DNA of 58,161 nt, counting the filler, from Dirinaria sp. TL-2023a (taxonomy: Eukaryota): assembly GCA_051941275.1 (NCBI GenBank). It is 2 parts of 2 records of this genome, joined end to end, with 100 filler letters (N's around TTAATTAATTAA, not from the genome) between each part and the next. Parts side by side here need not be neighbours in the genome. Positions count along the whole stretch, not along the records: positions 1 to 29,120 come from JAVEBF010000119.1; 1 more part is not named here. The stretch is one strand, 5' to 3'. The translations under genes were made by a program, and so were the position numbers. The notes below the pieces were generated by a model. That model saw only the letters and a program-made list of their open reading frames with translations, had not been told where the DNA came from and did no database searches. Below are positions 1 to 11,785 of this stretch, in pieces (position 1 is the stretch's first letter; the number at the start of each line of letters is the position of its first letter).

Positions 1-697
1 ACCGCGGCGCCCGAGTAATGCGGGTAGGGCGCATGCAAAAGCAGCTGGCAATTCGCCAACCAGAAACTCGAATCCAGGACGTCGAATTCCGCTTCCTGAA
101 ATCCGTTTTCCTTGATATACTCCTGCAAGGTCTTGAGCGTGTCGATGGCCATCTGGTGCGACCACCGGCTACGTGATTGCATCCAGGCGTGACAGCCTAG
201 CCACAGCGTGGTCCAATCGGCTTCCACGCTGAGGTCTTTGGGCCCGATGCTCGCTTTGTGGGTTTCGAGGTATTGGATCTCCCCTTCAATGAGCCGTTGC
301 GCTTGGACTGCTTGCGCGGCAGTGCCGGTGGCGTAGGTTTTGTAAAAGCGGATGCCGGCGTTGGCGTAGCTGTTTATGCGAACTGTGAAGGGTGGCGGAG
401 GCCAAGCTGTGAGGTTTTTGGTTGCCTGTGCGGGAGCGCTTGCGGGCTTTGTAATATTATTTGCAGGTTTAGGGGCTCTGATTGCAGCTGTTAGGTGATA
501 AAGCGACAATTACGAAGGTGAACTCACGCTTGAGCGGTCTGATTCTGATTGTGGGCGGGTTGGCTGAATAGTACGAAGTTTGGGGTCATGTTCTCAGGAA
601 CGGGGATGTCAGCTGGTGAATCGCTGGCTATGGGACTCGGCAAACAGAACGACTGAAGCGAGAGCAAGGAAACCCCGAAAAGAAGTAGGATCTGCAT
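1..697 (-). CDS. Secreted protein of unknown function, runs off window start
   Basis: ATG at 697, signal-peptide-like MQILLLFGVSLLSLQSFCLPSP; intron 527..478 (GTGAGT...CTAAC...CAG); exon 2 open to position 1 (..WSHQMAIDTLKTLQEYIKENGFQEAEFDVLD..). Not in ORF track. Confidence 0.75.
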
Positions 698-1113
698 CTT
701 GACTTATCTCAAGGAGTGACAATGGACTGCAATAGCATGTGGTCCACCCACAGAGGTACAGGCAACCATGATGGCAGAGTGCAGATTTTACCTACTTATA
801 CGGGGTTCACATAGCCGAATATGCGTATGCGGCTGTCGCTCTGACGCGGCACAACAGTAAAGATCACGCCCTGCGATGGGTTTGCATATGCGCAAGATCT
901 CGTTTCGAAAGCTAGATCACCGACTGCGGCTATCTGAGCTCACCAGCGGCGGCATCTGGCCCGCCATTTGCAGCGGTGCCAACTCCTTTATATCAGCCAT
1001 GATTGAACAGAAAAGAAAGCATTGTTTTGATCTCATAAGTAACTGCAGGGTCACATATCTCAAAGTAGAAATTGGCAGTAATAATGCAGTTCCCATAAGT
1101 CAAATAAAGGCAA

Positions 1114-1450
1114 CCACTACCCCCCACACCACCCTACTTTGCTGCCCACACCGCCCTGCCCACTTACTGCTTTCCATCTATCAATGCCTCTCTCAAGAGG
1201 TTTTTTACTAACACCCTCAACCTACTTTAACGGTTTGCCGATTTGACGATGGCACGTTCGTGGTGGATCAGTTCATCGTCATCTCGTGAAATAATCGTTG
1301 CTTGAAACTCGCACTCTGTCAGAGCAAGAAAGATCGATAGACTTAATCTCGAGACATCAAAGAGATCGAATGCATTACCACGCGAGAATGAGTAGCAGTC
1401 AGTGGGGAAGGGTAGTGTACTAGTAGAGTAGGGTGGTGTGGCGGTAGTGG
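1114..1450. repeat. Degenerate ~65-bp inverted repeat (arms 1114-1179 and 1385-1450), possible MITE relic
   Basis: ccactacc-cccc-acaccaccctact...cccacttactgct matches the reverse complement of 1385-1450 (ccactacc-gcc-acaccaccctact...cccactgactgct). Confidence 0.55.
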
Positions 1451-1559
1451 GATCCCAAATAAAATGCGAGAAAACGCAAAAGGATGACAACTAGGACTTT
1501 TAAAGGATTACTCGACCAAAGAGAAGGCGGTTCCTCGAGTAAGCGACAGGTCATCTCTA

Positions 1560-2400
1560 CCCATCTAGCTCAAATCTGGTGCGGTCCTGCAAGATTTCTT
1601 TAGACAGGTACGACAGCTGTAGATGAACCTGTATGAGTACGCATTGATTCAGATTTTTTTTATGATATAGAGACCAGGAAGGGAAGAGGTGGAAGACACC
1701 GCCTGACTTAGCAGGCGAACACTCGTGCCAATTCAATCTAGGTTCTGTCAAGGAAAATTTACTTCGGCCCGTCAAATACCTTATGCAGCTAGTCATAGTT
1801 TGCGTGTAGGTCGATGCAATTCTCAAGTAGCTTAGAAAACCGTCAAGTTGAAACAAAGTGTTTGAATAGCTAGGACTTTACAACGCTTTGCAAAACCTGA
1901 CTCAAACCGAGTCAGAGGACCTCTTGGCGGGAAGTGTAGTACAACTCCGATTTGGGCTATGCAGAGAATAAAGCATTGATACATCGCTCTCGAGTTGCAA
2001 GTTCCAATAGCATAAAACGCTATTAATGAGTTTGGAAGGGTAGATTCACCAACTCAAAGGTCGACGTCAAGTAGATTTTCACGGCCAGCAAATTTTCTTG
2101 AGAGTATGATCTCGAAGTGAGTCACTTCGGTACAACACCGCCGCCGTTACCGAAATCGAAAACGCTTATCAGACCAAGCGTGGAATAAGACATTGCAACG
2201 AAAGGAAGACAAAAAATACTACCTGGAAAGTGAAGATGCTAAACTCACCGCTTACAGATTCAGCGAGGACGATTTCATGTCGCGTAGAGGGATGGCTGCG
2301 ACGATGGAATGCAGTCTGTATGAACGTGTCCAAGCGAAATCAAGTTGGAAGTGAGAGGATCGTAAGCTGGAAAATGATGTGATGATCATCGAATGAAGCG
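1560..2400 (-). pseudogene. Possible decayed fungal LPxEIR/TCRQ-type (F-box-like) gene
   Basis: Minus-strand fragments ILSLPT*FRL and GTCN/ESDVSMLYSLH resemble the LxLPxEIR...TCRQxxxEAxxLLYSxN pattern; GTGAGT donor near 2249; stops and frameshifts. Confidence 0.25.
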
Positions 2401-2787
2401 ATGAATGGACAAGACTAGGGTCTGAGGGGAAAGCGGCACGACCGCCGATCAGTGTTTTTAAAATAGCTAGTAGGTCCAACCTCGTCAAATTTTTCACATG
2501 TACGAAGATCTGGATCATCGCGGGGTTAGTGTTGATGCGATGTCCATGATCGGGGGTTCGTTCCTGAGCACTTCGTTGGACGCCCTATCGGATTATCAAC
2601 GTTTTCGCAGTTGCCGATACGGTGGCTTTACCCCGCAAGGCACTTCGCCTTGCAAGGCTGCATCAGGATGAGGTAAGGTACCTTATCATATTTCCTGTGT
2701 AGGTCCTTCGCCAACTCTCATCAAACCTTACGCTGCAGTGATATCGCCTATTCGTATTCCTAGATTCGCCCTGAGAAACAGGCGAAG

Positions 2788-3905
2788 ATGGTCGCTCCGG
2801 CACCTGCAATCGCTCTACCACACGACATCACTCACCACTCTCTGACCTTGGATTCGAAGCCGGGCGCATCTATTCACTACACCTTCGCGCAAAGCAGAGA
2901 GCCCAACTATTCTCTGTTGATGGTCTTCCTCAATGGCTTGATGACAGACAAGTCTTCATGGCTGCCCACCATGGCCGGCATCATTCGGAAAGACCCATCT
3001 TTCCCACCAATGCTGGCCTATGATCGATACGGGCAGGGTATGACGGTAGACCGAGATCCGCAAGATCGCAAGCGTGAGGAAGGGTACGGTCATGATGCCA
3101 TGGATTGTGCGAGGGACCTCCAGCAGCTCGTGGAGCAGGTCTTCAGGAAACATTATGTCACGCAAGTTTCGAAGCCGAGTTTGATTCTGGTAGCGAACTT
3201 AATCGGATGCGCCATTGCCAGACTGTTTATGCAGGAGTATCCGAAGTGTGTCGCCGGTGCAATTTTCTTGGACTCGATCATGGCGAGCTCGAACTTCGAC
3301 TTTTGGCCCGATCCGGACGCACCTGGCTTTGATCTCAAGGACCTGCCTGAGGATGTGAGTGTCAAGACACTACGAGAGCAGCGGGCCAAGTTCAAGGCGG
3401 TTTTTCGCCCGGATTCGATCAATAAGGAAAGTCTCGACCGACGGAACCTGGCGGAGCTGTTGCCTTATAGTAACAAACCGATGCTGCAGGGCGCAGGAGG
3501 CAGAGCGCCAATGCTGACTGTAGTTGGGCACGATTTTGCAACCTTCGCAGAAGAGAGCTTAAAGGCAAGTCATCGATATCTTCCCCACTCCCACTGACAT
3601 GGGAACAGACGATGGGAACACCGATATCGTTATCGATGAAGTACTCCAACCCCGTGTGGCATAAGTACAACATAGGGTTATCGCAGCTTACCCAGACGAA
3701 GCGTAGCATAGGCCCAATAATCGCTCCGGGATGCGGACATTTTATCCAGCGGGACAATGCGCCTTTCGTCGTCAGTGAAGTCCTGGAATTGTTGGATAGG
3801 ATCCAATTGAGCCATGGGTCACATCACGAGGCAGACCTATTGATCAGTGATGTGCGCCAGCGTACGGAAGCTGAGGATATGAGAAGTCTGGTGCAGATGG
3901 TCTGA
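2788..3905 (+). CDS. Alpha/beta hydrolase family protein (nucleophile elbow reads ANLIG)
   Basis: VFLNGL oxyanion region, YDRYGQG motif, GCGHFIQ His motif; two ORFs joined in frame by GC-AG intron 3565..3608. Confidence 0.85.
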
Positions 3906-3999
3906 GTTGGTAATTTGACGGTGTACCCCTAGAGTGGCCTAGAACTCCTTTACTGTGTTCGGGAAATTCTGTTCGGGACAATTCTGCTCGGAAGTGCTG

Positions 4000-5261
4000 T
4001 CAGGACCGGCGGTAGACTCCTAAGCCCCAAGCGACCCTAAGAAGAGCCAGGCCATACGCCATACCCAGACTATCCCATAGAACATTGAGTTTGCTACCTT
4101 TGACTTCTTTCCAGCCAACCGGAACTTCAGCAACCGGGATGCCGGCGAGCTCGGCCAGCATCAGCATCTCGACATCAAAAATCCAGCCCTCACAGTGCAT
4201 ATACGGGATGATATATGGTAGTGAAGAGCGTGAAAAAAGCTTGAAGCCGCACTGTGTGTCCTTGATCGAGGCTGTGGCAGGCGGTGTTAACAGACGCAGT
4301 AGTAGATGGAACGAATGCATCAGAAAATTGCGTAGAAATGATCGCTGCAGCAGCTGTTAGCACGACAATGACCGCTGTTTGTCCATTGAACCTACTTTGA
4401 CTACAGCCTCGCTGCCTACCAGATGCGCTCTTGATCCAACAGCAACTCCTCTGCCATTGGCATCTTCGATCTCTGCAGATGCACTAACAAGCTTGCCAAG
4501 ATCTTCAAACTTGCTAGCTCCATCGGCGTCAGCGAAGACAGCATATTTGCCCCGTACATGCCTCATGCCATGTGTGACAGCTCCACCTTTTCCTCGATTC
4601 TCTCGCAATGAGACGACGCGTATCAACGTGGAATCCTTGCCCATTCGGCTGGCAAATCGTAAGGCAACCTCAACAGTCTTGTCAGTAGAGCCGTCAGAGA
4701 TAACCAGTATTTCCCATCCCGAGGGTTCCGTCTGGGTTCCCATTACGTGTCCATTAACGCTAGTCCTCCGATTTTTGGCATTCCCGTTGAGCTCCAACAT
4801 GGAGCGTTGCTTGCCGTATTCCTTCTTCAAATACTCCACAGCTTCTGTCAACATGATCTCCAGCCTTTCCTCTTCATTGTACGCGGGGACAACGAGCGAC
4901 ATGTACAATTCCGGCCTTTCAATAGCAATATCGTTACCCAACTTTTCACCTTCTTTTTGTGCGTCTTTCTTCCTTGCGCCGAAACTATCTCGCCAACAGG
5001 GTAGTTGCTGGCCGTCTCGGATTTTCCCATTTATATCTACAAATCGGAAGGTCTTTTCTTGGGGCAAGGGTTCACGAGGGATAGGAGCGAGGACGAAAAG
5101 TAGGACATAGCACTGTACTGCATTAGCGGTGAAAAATTTAGGTAGAATTTGGCAAGTGGTACCATTAACGCGCCGCCAAAGATCGTAGTGATTAGAAAGG
5201 AGAGAACCAAAGGCAAAGGCGCTCGTTGCCCGATTTCGAGCACGCGATGCAGAACGTCCAT
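4000..5261 (-). CDS. ALG5: Dolichyl-phosphate beta-glucosyltransferase (GT2)
   Basis: VVPAYNEEERL, SDGSTD, NRGKGGAV, FADADGA, GSRAHL, DTQCGFKLF, WIFDVE; introns 5162..5113 and 4395..4345; N-terminal TM segment. Confidence 0.95.
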
Positions 5262-5657
5262 ATCGGAAATGAAAGGAAATGCTACCATGTATATTTTGGT
5301 AGCTAAGAAATTGTAATACTCATTTGGAAGGAGTGAAGAGGGTCCTCTCTGCACGGGAAAAGCTGGCCTGGTTTCAGGTAGAGGCGCTGAGCAGCGGTGA
5401 GATGGGGTGATAGTGCAAGGTGGTCTTCAGTCGGCCGAGCTCGAGAATATGTCCCGAAGTTTAGCCGGCCCATACTAATCCTTTGTATCATACAGAGAGG
5501 GTTTCTCTTCACGGCCAAGTATCCAAACTGCTAGCTCTATACTAGTCTCCATGTTACAGAAGAAAGTACCTCTCAATGGCATCGCTTTCTTGATTGACTG
5601 AGGGGGTTGGTCTCTACACCGTACTCGTCCATCGGATATAATCAGGTCTTCCCCGAC

Positions 5658-7600
5658 ATGGATTACTCTTCTCTCCCAAACGATCCCGACCACCCTGTTG
5701 GCTCTTCGCCATGGCAGTCCTCTCCTCAGCCCACGAGCAGACAGTTCACAGCCTCCGAAGTCAGCAGTACACCATCTTCACCCCTCGCAAAGCATTCGCC
5801 TGCTGCAGGAGATTCCCCGCAGATAGACCGAGATGGCAGCGACGAGCAAAGGCCCGTACAGGGTGGTGCAGAATACAGTCAATCGCTAGCAGGCGATACA
5901 TTGGCGGATGGAGAGACAAACGGAAACACGCAGCCTGCCTCCAGCAATGAGCAGGCCCCTTCGCTTATGCAACCACCTCCATCTCAGCAGCAGTCAGGCC
6001 GACAGCCTCAACAAAGGACCGCGCCCAACAGATACCATGGCACAGCGCAACGAAATCAGCAAAGGCAGCCTCTGCCCCAGTACAAGCTGCGAGCCAAGAT
6101 TACGAGCTTGGAACGGACGGGGAGGAAGGACCCTGTCTTGAGATTTGATGTCCATGTAAGTTGAGCGGGGCAAGCAATTTCCATCGATATCTGGGAATTA
6201 TACTAATAGCAATGCAGACGAATCTGCCCAAGTTTCGTACCACACAGTTTCGAGACGTTAGGAGGACGCATTCCGAATTCCTGAAACTGGCGGAACACCT
6301 CATCTCATCCAATCCCGAAGCCTTCGTACCCGCAATCCCGCCGCCGTTGACTTCAGCTGGCGTAGGCACAGACGAGGACGAGACTCGTGTGAAGAATTCG
6401 ATGCAGAGATGGCTCAACGTAGTTTGTGGCAATGATGTGCTAATGCGCGACGATGAGATGATATTCTTCATCGAGAGCGATTCTGGATATAGTCCCGTCA
6501 TGCGTATGAAACAGCCCGCCACCGGTGTTCGAAGGAAGGTCATCAAGCAGTTCGCTCCTCCGCCTGACGATACGCCTGAACTTCACGAAGCACGGCCAAT
6601 TGTCAAGCAATTCTACTTGGCGACGATGGAGACTGGACAGAAAGTGGATCGAGTGGTCAAAGCTCGGCGTGGCATGTCTCCTATTCCCCATACGACATTT
6701 AAGCCTGTACACTAATTCTTAAAAGGGCTTGGTCTCGCTGAATCCGACCTAGGCGTCAAGCTCTCCCAAATGCATGTTCAAGAGACACATCCTGGTCTCG
6801 GGGGCGCCTACCGCAAACTCGGCCGCATCATCCAAACCACCGGCGACTACCACGCTGCGCAAGGGACAGCTGAAGCAACCACCTTCGGCGACCCTCTCAA
6901 CTACCACTCCTCAGATGCATTCATCGTCAAAGAAACCCTCACAAACAGGCACATCCTGCTGCGCGACCTGATATCCGCCCAACAGGCCACACGCAGCAAA
7001 CTCTCCGCCGCCGACAGACTGAAAGCCAGCTCATCGGTACGGCGGGAGAAAGTCGACGAAGCGATCTCCGCCCTCGACGAAGCGCGCAGCCACGAAGACT
7101 ACCTCGTCAAGAAAACGCAGCGGGTGACCGCAAACCTACTGCAGGAAAAACGGCGCTGGTTCACGCGCACGGCGGCCGACCTGCGCACCTCGATCCGCGA
7201 ATACGTGCTGCGCGAGATCGAAGCCGAGCGCCGCACCCTCGCGACCCTGGAATCGGTCCGCCCGGACGTGCGCGCCATCGATGCCTCCGGCGGGCTCTCG
7301 CGACTGGGCAGGGAAGCGCATCCCGTCATCCGCCGCACGAGCATGGCGTCCAGCCAGGGTCCCAGAGGCGATGCCTGGAGCGGCGTCCCGCGACGCCAGG
7401 ATGGCCTCGATCGGAGCGTCAGTGGGTTGACGGGCGTGCCGGAGGAGGAGCACGGCGCGGAGGCTAATAATGGAGGGGAACAACCCGAGGCCAGGAAACG
7501 CGCTGGAAGTAGGGTTAAACGCGGCTCTAGCCAGGAAGAAGACGAGGATCGAGTCGATGCCCGGAATGCGGCGAGTAGATTGGCCACCAGTACATTCTAA
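5658..7600 (+). CDS. VPS17: Retromer sorting nexin (PX-BAR) Vps17
   Basis: LERTGRKDPVLRFDVH|TNLPKFRTTQFRDVRRTHSEF PX domain; BAR region; C-terminal DARNAASRLATSTF; introns 6156..6217 and 6672..6725 (GC donor). Confidence 0.92.
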
Positions 7601-8217
7601 GCAGTTTAGGGAAGGGGTTGGGGGGTTGTATGTACGCTGGTCTGGTTCTTCGTCTCGTTCGAATAAGGTACCAACTTCAACCCCCTTTCGAGCCGGATTA
7701 ACCGAACCGAAACAAAACAAAAAAGTAGTCTTTTCCCCCTTTTTTGGACGCATGAAATGCATTCGTCTCTTTGCATGCATGCATATATACGAGGGAATTA
7801 GGTTGGATCAAATATCGCTGTATTTTGCTACCTTACTTATGAGTCCGCCTATGCGCCGTGCTGAGCAAGGTAAGGAGGATGTTCCAGCACTTGGTAATCC
7901 TGCTCTACTCCTAGCTAAAGTGAACAACAGTGTCCCTCCTTCCCTTCCATACAATTTTTGATGAGACTTCTCTCTCTTTTTCTTTTAAATGGTGGTGAAT
8001 ACACTCGCTATGCAGACAAAGTATTGGACATATTTGCGCCCGATATCGATGCGTGACGTTCGCAGCCGCTTGTACAACTTTTTTTTTTTTTTTTTTTTTT
8101 TTGAAATGCCATGGCAGACAACGAATCTTTTTGCAGAAGAGGGGTAATCTGCCGAAAACACATACTCACCAACCCAGGAGGTCTCTCACCAAACCCGCAC
8201 AAATCTTTCAATTATCT

Positions 8218-9234
8218 TCATTCATGTTCTTCCTCCTCAGCTTCACTCGCACTGCTAGACTCCTCCCCAAACTCGGCCTCCTCGGCCTGAATCTCGCGCG
8301 CGCGGTTCAAAATCATATTCTTGACCACACGGCGATACACGATCCCGGGGCGATTGCAGGCGACATACTCTTCGAGGTTCTCCCAGTCGACCTGGAACAC
8401 GATCTCGTTGGCCAGGCGCTCCAGCTCGAGCGACGAGAGACGGTTCTGGTAGATCTTCACGGGCCCGCGCTCGACCGTGTTAATGACCGCGTAGCGCGGG
8501 TTCTGGCAGTAGCGGCGCTTCTTCGTGGGTGGGGTGCTGTCCGGTGTTGGCATTTTGTTGTTGTTGTCGGTGCCGGCGGGTTTGTTAGTGGAGCGGGGTG
8601 CGAGTGGGGAGCTGGGTTCTGCGGTTGGAGACAGGGGGCGTTTGGTGCCTTTCATGGGAGTCGAGGCTGGTGTCGGTGGGAGGTGGAGCTGTGGGACTTT
8701 GAAGCGTCCGAAGGTTACTGTTGGGGCTCCTTTCGTCGCCGGCGTGGTCGGCATAAGCGTCTTTGACGTGCTGGGGGTCTGCGGGGATAGTGCCTCCGCC
8801 GCGGTAAGATCGATCACTTCAGGCTCTTTCTGCGCACGATGGTTAGTACATATAGATGCTGGGATGGGAGCAACGGTAGATTGTACCTTAATGAACTCGA
8901 GTTTCACTGGGGTACGCGGGGACAGTGCCTCCGCTCCGGTGAGATCGATCACCCCGGGCTCTTGCTGCGCACGATGGTTAGTATATGTACACGTTAGGAT
9001 TGGAGCAACAGTGGTTTGTACCTTGATAAACTCAGACATCACACCAGTCTCATCGCTGAGCATTGTGCTCATGTCTCGGGTGAAAGCTAGAGGGTGGATC
9101 TCTCCAGTCCAGACGGGGCTGGTGACGCTGGGGAAATAGGCTGGGCTCGGAAAGTCGAAGTCGAAGTCGCTCATAAAAGGGGATCTGGGCGGGCCATTCC
9201 TGACAATGGGGCTAGGGAGCCCGCCGAAGAACAT
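8218..9234 (-). CDS. Disordered protein with duplicated 45-aa unit (VIDLT SIM-like) and C-terminal Myb/SANT-like helical domain
   Basis: Intronless 338-aa ORF, Pro/Thr-rich, KKRR NLS-like motif, VDWENLEEYV..NR segment. Confidence 0.7.
   Translation of the reverse strand: MFFGGLPSPIVRNGPPRSPFMSDFDFDFPSPAYFPSVTSPVWTGEIHPLAFTRDMSTMLSDETGVMSEFIKVQTTVAPILTCTYTNHRAQQEPGVIDLTGAEALSPRTPVKLEFIKVQSTVAPIPASICTNHRAQKEPEVIDLTAAEALSPQTPSTSKTLMPTTPATKGAPTVTFGRFKVPQLHLPPTPASTPMKGTKRPLSPTAEPSSPLAPRSTNKPAGTDNNNKMPTPDSTPPTKKRRYCQNPRYAVINTVERGPVKIYQNRLSSLELERLANEIVFQVDWENLEEYVACNRPGIVYRRVVKNMILNRAREIQAEEAEFGEESSSASEAEEEEHE
8770..9033 (-). repeat. In-frame tandem duplication, 135-nt period, 2 copies
   Basis: EFIKVQTTVAPILTCTYTNHRAQQEPGVIDLTGAEALSPRTP vs EFIKVQSTVAPIPASICTNHRAQKEPEVIDLTAAEALSPQTP; copies start at 9033 and 8898. 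Confidence 0.95.
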
Positions 9235-9962
9235 GGTGGTTGTGGTAATGCAATGGTTTCAATTGGAAGATTTTTGGGTTGCTATCTGAAAGTGGGGGTT
9301 TCCGGTTCAGATTGCAATGCGATTGCGAGAGCAAGCGGCTTTGGGAGACTTGCTCTCTAAATGATGTAGTAATAGTGATGTTGGAGTAGCAATGGAGAGC
9401 AAGATTGATGCACGAATATGTGTACAGGATGAGGTGGGGAGAGATGGTGGAAGTGGAATGTGCTGGACAGCGAGGTGGGCTTAGCTACGGTATCGATATT
9501 CACGCGTTCAGGGCTTCTATTGTTCGTGTATTAGCGCGTTTCAGCGCCTGCGCTAGCCTCGCTAAGCCTCCCTGCCTTCCGATATCGGTTTCCAAGGCAT
9601 GTCCTTCGTCACTCTCTTAAAAGCAAAACCAAGATAAAGTAACGTACATATATGATACAGAAGTCTCCGGTTGGTATCCCTATCTAGTCCGCAGCATCCG
9701 TTACATTGAATCAGCTCTCCCACTGGTCCTACGCTGACGTTACTGGCTTCCATTGGCCAGTTCGGAAATACAAGAGGTCCAAGATAAGTTTCGCCGCAGT
9801 ACATGCCCTAACAAGTATTGCGATTTCTGTGGCTCGTACATGAGCGCCGTCCTCGAAATGCCACTGCTGTAGCTTCCTAGTAGAAACATTTCAGTATTGT
9901 ATATGCTTCCACTCGGTTTTGCAATCGCACGTTGTAACGGCCACCAGGATCAAAGACAGATC

Positions 9963-10484
9963 TTAACGCTCCTCAGTTGCCCCTGTTTGGTTTACTTGTG
10001 GCCCCAATGCAACTGATATGGACCTTGGGTTGACGACTACCACCCGGAAGACTCCTTTTGGTCCAATAAGGTCCTCTCCGCCATAGCTAGCCTTCGCTTC
10101 ACCACGTCCACAGTCTTCCAGAATCTGCACAGCCTTTAATCCCAGTACCCGCAGACTAAATACGTCAGAGGCGCTCTCACTGCTCGCGGCGAGTATGACT
10201 TCGCAAGGCGAATTCTCGGCTCGGAAGTTCATCGGGCAGGCGGTGCCACGGACGGTAACAGGGAATTCAGCACGTCGTCTGGTCAGGATCTTCCGAGTCA
10301 CTGGAAGACAGTCATTGAGGGAGACGACTCGAGCACCGCGAGAAAAATCATAGCAGGTCGCTGCCCCAGAATCCGTGAGGATACCATCATGAGCGGGTGA
10401 GGTGATATTAATAGGGAGGATCAAGCTTGAGACTCGACCGAGCGAGGCCAAGAGCGCAGAAAATAGAAGGGCGAGAGGGATCAT
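9963..10484 (-). CDS. Small secreted cysteine-containing protein (effector-like, possibly KP4-like fold)
   Basis: Signal peptide MIPLALLFSALLASLGRVSS, 5 Cys, C-terminal ILEDC...GGEDLIG...FRVVVV, 173 aa, intronless. Confidence 0.8.
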   Translation of the reverse strand: MIPLALLFSALLASLGRVSSLILPINITSPAHDGILTDSGAATCYDFSRGARVVSLNDCLPVTRKILTRRRAEFPVTVRGTACPMNFRAENSPCEVILAASSESASDVFSLRVLGLKAVQILEDCGRGEAKASYGGEDLIGPKGVFRVVVVNPRSISVALGPQVNQTGATEER

Positions 10485-11785
10485 TGCTACGCGTGAGCCA
10501 ATGTTGCTGGATAATCTATACTCTTCTCTACATCTCGATGGCTTGAGCGGGGGAAGTGGGGTTCATATGGGTTCAATTGCGCTTGTAAACGTGGGGTCTG
10601 CGGATATCGGAAACTTATGAAAGTATTCCGCATCCTGCATGAGGGATTTGACAGGGTGGGAGCAAAGAAATGGGATGGTTAGGATGAACGGGAAAGCGGT
10701 CCATCATAAGCGAAAAGGAATGGTAGGAAAGGAATGGTAGGAGTGAAACTTGAGAGAATGGAGAAGTCAAACCCGCACTCTCCCAAGAAGATTCTGTGCT
10801 ATTCACGATCATAGTAGCACTCTTCCCTCAGTCTTGCCCTTGTTCTGGACAATTTGTACAATTCAACAGGATGAGAAGTCATACAGAGAAGTAAGGTAAA
10901 AACCAGTACATGTCGTCATAAATCTTCTAAAAGAGGGTCCGCGCTTAGGGCGTGGATGGCGCTTAATTCGAAAGTCTTTGGCAATCTTGAATGCATGGCC
11001 CAGTCCCATCAGTTTGAACAATCAACTTGGTTTCCAAAGCTTCCTGATACTAGCTACATAATCTATATGAGTGCCAATAGCTATGAACCAACAGCGGCAT
11101 CCCGTAGTATACTATTGTATTCACAAGGAACAGGAAAAGAAACCACTCTCACATTGCCTAGATGCTCCAACAGATTCCAGTCTCTAGGCATGCAAATCCT
11201 TATGGGCATCAGCAGATAATCTGCACGACTTCAAATCGAAATTTGCATTTTCGGTGTACCTGTGTTTAGATCGCGATGAGATAGATGCATGGCCATCTAC
11301 CAGGTCCATCCCAAGCATAAAGAGCTTGAGTAATGTGATAGCCTAAAAAGGGTTTTACAGGGATAACAAAACACATATGAGCCTGTGTGTCCATCAGAGG
11401 TCAAAATGAAGCAGGGAAATAGACAACTTCGGACAAAGATCAAGATTGTGCAGCTGTGCTGGAACAAAGACAATCTGCGCTTTCACTGAGACATTGAGAC
11501 TAAAGGATAGAAGCATGAAAGCATGGGCAGCGCTATTCTACTACATGGTCTCAATCTCCTCTAGATCAAGGATTCAAAAGATTTTTGACCCAGATCGTAT
11601 GATTCCATGAATGGATCAATAGTTTGGTCCGGTGCGCTTTTCTCGGCGTATTTACCGGCTTTTTCTTTTGCTTAAGACCCACGATATTTTCTAACATCAT
11701 TCCTCGCTCAACCTTCTTCCCAACACTTTTTCTTGAATTGCAGAAACATCTGACTTCAAAGCTCAGTCACCTATATTGCCTTGGC

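Noticed and set aside
4379..5110. 243-aa plus-strand ORF
   Set aside because: Antisense to ALG5
8053..8766. 237-aa ORF with poly-Phe
   Set aside because: Poly-T homopolymer plus antisense shadow of the 8218..9234 gene
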